Source: Podarcis liolepis (lineage: Eukaryota). From it: a stretch of DNA of 64,000 nucleotides. Location: the NCBI GenBank assembly GCA_965112155.1, contig OZ218114.1, one strand, 5' to 3'. Positions 60,701 to 64,000 of this stretch are shown piece after piece. The notes beneath the pieces are model-generated. The model was not told where the DNA came from. It made no database searches and saw nothing but the letters and a program-made list of their open reading frames with translations. Position numbers and translations under genes: made by a program. How positions within the stretch are numbered: position 1 is the stretch's first letter; the number at the start of each line of letters is the position of its first letter.

Positions 60701-63700
60701 GTACATCTGTCCTTAAGGAAGTTGTATATAGGTTGGCCTCTGTGCATAGGTGAGGTGGGTATGGGGAACAAAAGTAGGCTTAGAATCTGAAAAGCAAAAT
60801 ATGATGGGTGGCTGCTTTCAGTGGGTTTCTGTCCACTATTTACTAAGCATCTTCAAGGCACTTGACTCCTCTCAATGCTGCAGGCAGAAGCAAAGTTAAC
60901 CCTTATGCTCAGTGCAAGAAGAGTCTTCCTTCAAATTTCCTAAGAGACCTTTATGTGGGATGCCTAAGTAGAAACTCTCAATAGGAGAGAGGGAATGGTG
61001 GTAGTGGGGAGAGGAAACCATCTGTCTAGGCAGTATATTACCTGTAGATTAAGTGGATCTCAAAATGTGATACCTCTGCTGGTGCTTCCAGACAACATCT
61101 CCTGTTCTGTAATTGGGCTGGCCAGAGCTGGGATTCCTGCCTTTAGTTCTTCCAGGGAGGGTGAATGCCATTAAAGAACAAAGAAGTCAAAGTGGCAATC
61201 AAAATAGCAATTGAGCGACTGGAATGGGCTGCACCAGAGGTGCAGCCACAAACCTTTCTTGAGGCTGTGACTCTTTAGCCTTTGGCAGAAGCCTAGGAGT
61301 CCTCATTCTCAGTGTTCCTTTTACTGTGGGAGGCAGAGGAGCACACATTCTGTGGAATGGCCTATCTCACCCTCTCAATAGTCAGGCTGAACTTTAGAGT
61401 TGAAGTGTAGGCAAGGTTGCACAGCTTCCTCTGATGTTCAGTAGTGGTTCTTGGACCAGTTCAGGAAGGTTGGTGATTCCTTCCACATGGGCAATGCCTC
61501 CAGGCAGAAGGGTTTTTTTTAAGGCAAATCTTGTGGATTCAACCAGGTTCTTCAAGTGCTATCTTCTTGCTATAAAAACTTCGGAGGAAAGTTGTTGTTT
61601 ATATTTACCGTAATTACATTAGCTATTTTTGTGTCCACACAAAAGGATTACCACCACCACCAAAGACCTGGCAGGTCACCCACAGGATGTGGCTTTTTAT
61701 GTGAGCACCTTTAGGCAACCCTTTATAAGCTAAAACAAGAATGTAATGTTCATGAGTAGGGGTGGGGGGGTGGGGTGGGAAAATTTGGTTTGGTTTGCAT
61801 TTTAATGTGACCCGTCCTTAATTTGTACTTTCTGAAGCAATTTGCAAAGTAAAATGCAGTGATCCTTCAGAATTTGCACTTTTCCAAATTTTGTGATGCA
61901 CTTCTCCAACCGAATAATGTTTATAAAACTGGGTATGTTAGGGGCCCAGTGTGCCTAAAAATGCATATGTTAGTGAATATGGAATTCCCCCCCCCCCTGC
62001 AAAAACATGTTTATCCAGATATTTTCACACTAAAATGTGATGAACTTTAATGAAAACTTTTTAAAATCACAAACCGTTGTAGAATTGTGAGGAGCTGAAC
62101 TCAGAGAGATTTGTCCATCCCATAATGGTGCAATGATGGTTTTCTTTCATTTTCTGTTTTATTTCTCCATCACACATATGAATATAAAAGGGCAGGTGTT
62201 TTCCAGTTTCAGCCTTTGTTCAGCAGGGGTTGCAAAGATGAAAGTGGAATAAATTTGAATATGTTTTTCTTTGGGAGGAGATGGGTGTTTGTCTATTTTT
62301 AACGGTCTTTTAGCTTCATTGGTTAGCAACAAGCAATGAGAACATCCAAAAAGAAAAGACCTTTACCCCAACCATATATATATATATATATTGTGGGTGG
62401 GGGAGGTTCCACTTAACTGGTATAGCAGAATTAGAGTAGGACATGTGTATGTTATCTCTCCATCTTGTTCCACAATCACTTATAGGGCAAATATATATCT
62501 ACGTAGTCGTAAACATCAACAAAACACAGTTTTAGCAGTAATACTGTTAGCCCTCTGTAATGCCAAATGCAAGCCAGAGTCTTGCTGCTCACCTGATCCT
62601 GTATAGTATTTGAGGTAGCTGGAGATGCCTGACTTTCTGACACCAGGACTCCTGGTTTTCACCTGTGGTACGGACTGTTACCTCCTGACACATTTCTGGT
62701 GTGAATTCATTGGGACAAATAATTTGGGAGGTGTTGGTTTGTGTGAGATTAATCAATACATTTTAAAGAAACTTTAGCAAGAGAATGAGAACTGGGGTGG
62801 TAGAAAAAATAGCCCTGAGTGGGCCACGCGGAAAATGTCCAGTTACTCGTTTAGAGGGTATTGGCAACATACACGGAGCTGGAGAGAGGAGTCGGGTGAA
62901 CTGCCAGCCATCTCAAATGTTACCTTTGTCGCTCCTGACTGCTGTTCTCGTGCTCTGATAAGGCCAGCATAAGTCTGAAGAACCTCCCACTGAAGGTTGG
63001 TGGTCCTATGGGCACACTTTCCTTTCACTTGGTCTCAATGAGACTGCCGATGATTCCTGAGCCCCGTTTGTAAGATCAGTAAGACTTCCGTTTAGGACAG
63101 AGCTTGTTTTGCAGGAAGATGGTCCATTAATACTCTCCATTCCAGCTACGAAAACTTGGACCTTCCTTCCCAAGTGCATGGACTTGGCCTTCCCCAGCTG
63201 GAAGATCCTATAGAAGTGGCTTAGTAGATGAGACCTTTTTTTCCTGTAAGTAGCTTGCATCCACTTAACAGTAACGTAAGAGAGAAGCTATATCCCTGTC
63301 ATATTTTCAAAAAAGACGAAAGCTACAATCAAAATCCTTTATCACTATCTTATATCACTCTGTGGAGACTTGGTCTCTGCAAATCTCTAATACTGTTCTA
63401 CAAAAATGCCCTTGGTTTCCTCCATGTGAGATCCATGGGACTTTTCCATAAGGTGCTATTGCTTTTTTTTATTTTCCTTTCTTAAAATTTTTGAGAATTT
63501 ATTTAAATCATTAAAATTGTGCTTTTTTCCTCTTTATAGTCTTGCCTACTGAATTAAACTGACTTTAACCTTTGAAGACCATTCAACCTCGATTCCATTT
63601 CTTGAATGTTGAGTATTACGATGTATAACTCACGTTAAGGTGCTTTTTGGTGCTGTTTCAAAGGTAGCAATTGCGGTGGGTGGGGTAGAGAGTGAAGAGA

Positions 63701-64000
63701 TTGACTTACAAATAAAACCAATAAGAGGGTACTCTCCTCCCTCCTCACTTGCTCCTTATCATTGTGTTTTTGTTCTTGGGTTTTTAAAATACTGACTAGT
63801 AGTCACTGCTACTAAAAAATAAAAAATAAAAATATGTGATGTTGATTCCTGATCGGCACACTTCAACCTGTTTAGCTGTTAGCTATGGGAGTAGTGTGTA
63901 AACAGTGTAATGGTAGGTTGGTTTAATATATATCTATATATATATCATTCAGTACAAGCCAAGGTGGCATGTAGAGGGTTAATTTTGAACTTCAGATAAC

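Larger units (their letters stand above)
47160..63830 (+). other. IGSF9B: Probable very long IGSF9B 3' UTR; candidate poly(A) signals include 59525-59530, 63711-63716 and 63818-63830
   Basis: No further coding exons recognised; AU/GU-rich blocks typical of neuronal UTRs. The true 3' end cannot be fixed from sequence alone. Confidence 0.4.

Noticed and set aside
62800-63260. GC-richer block with short ORFs near the window end
   Set aside because: No consistent splice sites or protein similarity recognised; treated as UTR or intergenic.
1-64000. CRISPR arrays, prokaryotic operons and the remaining short ORFs in the track
   Set aside because: The sequence is a spliced vertebrate locus with no repeat-spacer array. 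The other short ORFs fall in introns, UTR or repeats and lack coding signatures.

Overview
Vertebrate genomic DNA, most likely from a squamate and probably a lacertid lizard, judging from the Sauria SINE and other repeats. The window holds the 3' part of IGSF9B (turtle homolog B) on the + strand: 12 coding exons I could join in frame from Ig4 to the PDZ-binding C-terminus ...HATLL* (6157-47159), followed by a probably very long 3' UTR. The introns carry SINEs, L1/CR1/L2 fragments, hAT and Harbinger-like MITEs and microsatellites, and there is one assembly gap. Four things stand out. (1) The ~15.6-kb phase-2 intron after the large cytoplasmic exon contains several extra phase-compatible candidate exons that would swap or truncate the cytoplasmic tail. 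(2) The same intron holds a young Penelope-like element arranged as a 594-bp inverted repeat with a hammerhead-ribozyme-like core in each arm. (3) A U4 snRNA retrocopy with target-site duplication lacks part of its kink-turn stem-loop. (4) There is a REST/RE1-like site plus two candidate intronic enhancers. All calls were read by eye. Repeat family names and the boundaries of old repeats are approximate.
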